From contig CM114271.1 in NCBI GenBank assembly GCA_050084515.1, positions 11,098,001 through 11,162,000 of the forward strand: a DNA stretch of 64,000 nucleotides. Reading direction: 5' to 3'. Both the position numbers and the translations under genes were made by a program. The DNA is from Blasia pusilla (Eukaryota). Positions 62,904-64,000 of this stretch are shown here, in pieces. Numbering within the stretch: the first letter of the stretch is position 1; every line of letters begins with the position of its first letter. The notes under the pieces were generated by a model. That model ran no database searches and was not told the origin of the DNA. It worked only from the letters and a program-made list of their open reading frames with translations.

Positions 62904-64000
62904 ACTCGCCCCCCTAACTGGCGGTTAGGTCCCTCTAACTCCCACGTAGCCCTATACATCTACTACATGCTATACACCTTCGTGGGTGCACGAATCAGAA
63001 GGTCGGGTGCTAGGTTGCCCCATCATTAGTCGCACATCTGTAATCCATATCATGCAAAGATCAAGTCATCTGCCTCTCCTAAATACATCAAGGACAAACC
63101 CACCTTCTAGTAGGAACAACATCCATACGTGGAGTCAAACACATCATGTGCCAACCCCTAGAACACCGATCACACACCAACATATGGGCTGCGTTACTAG
63201 CCGACCCACACAACATGCACCTCAAGCTAGCACGTATCATGGCTAAGCTTGGATCAACATTACCATCCACATTTGGAAGATGACATAGCGCACAATTATG
63301 CACATGGTCCTTCCAAACAACTCCATCACGACCCTCCAACATGAGAACTCCAGAAGCTAACACCTCGCGCACTCGTAAAATAGTACGGCCTGCCGTCACA
63401 TCCAACATTGTCGGTGCAATCTGCTGCAAATAGACATAGTCCTCCACATGGAACCTACAAATCGATGGTCGATAACCTCCATCATGAATGGTTGCATACC
63501 GCAACGTATCTCTATGTTGAGCAATGGCAAGATTCTCAAAGGCTGTTGGCATAACTCTCCGAAAGAGCTCTGCCTGCTGAGAACACACCCTCATCCACAT
63601 CTCTGGGTCATCAAGGTTCACCACCTCACTAGACTCCCGACAAATTGCTGCTGGCAAGTCTGGATCTCGGCCGTATAACAAAAAATAAGGTGAGAAGGAA
63701 TCCAAGGTGCTTGGCGACTGAACCTTTACCCAATTGCTAACCATGGCAACTGAATATCCCAGTCTCCAAGATGCCCCTTCTGTAGGCCATACTTGCGCAA
63801 TGCCCTCTTCACCGTCTAAACCACACGCTCAGCCAAACCATCCGCCTCTGGATGATCTTGAGACGTGGTCCGATGATCAATCAACGCCTTGTCACACAAG
63901 ACCTGAAACTCACCCTGAAACTCTGTACCCTGGTTGGTCAACACTTGAGCTGGTGCACCAAAATGACTAAGCACTCTATCAAGAAACGCGTACGTCGCTC
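62904..64000 (-). mobile_element. Gypsy integrase C-terminal half + PHD finger + PPT (element continues beyond the window end)
   Basis: ORF 63088-63744: FSPYFLLYGRDP...CMLCGSASNAAHMLVCDRCSRGWHMMCLTPRMDVVPTRRWVCP. Homologous to 17590-18510. PPT AGGGGGGCGAG at ~62905-62915. Confidence 0.9.

Overview
Eukaryotic, transposon-rich plant DNA. An IFT-dynein intermediate chain gene points to a lineage with flagellated sperm, probably a bryophyte (inference). Four host genes are recognisable: SmD3 (+, 5 coding exons), a WDR60/DYNC2I1-like dynein-2 intermediate chain (-), a class-3 lipase-like ORF (-) and a PIG3-like quinone oxidoreductase (-, 6 exons). The rest is nested, decayed mobile DNA. Two methyltransferase-carrying element families stand out. 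(1) A large Mutator-like (MULE) DNA transposon, present as three partial copies. Its GCM/WRKY-DDE-SWIM transposase is divergently paired with an intron-containing gene that has a ParB/Srx-like domain (DGNHR) and a C-terminal beta-class N6A/N4C DNA-methyltransferase-like domain. Its non-coding DNA is packed with dozens of copies of one 25-27 bp palindrome (gCAACCCGTCGGAgTCCGACGGGTTGc). (2) Ty3/Gypsy elements with a PHD finger after integrase and an unusual A-B-A 3' terminal structure. The most complete copy has a C5-cytosine methyltransferase between protease and RT/RNase H. Also present: solo LTRs, two hAT MITEs with 8-bp TSDs, mini-Helitrons, LINE/CRE fragments and a ~150-bp tandem array. All domain calls come from motifs read by eye; no database search was run.
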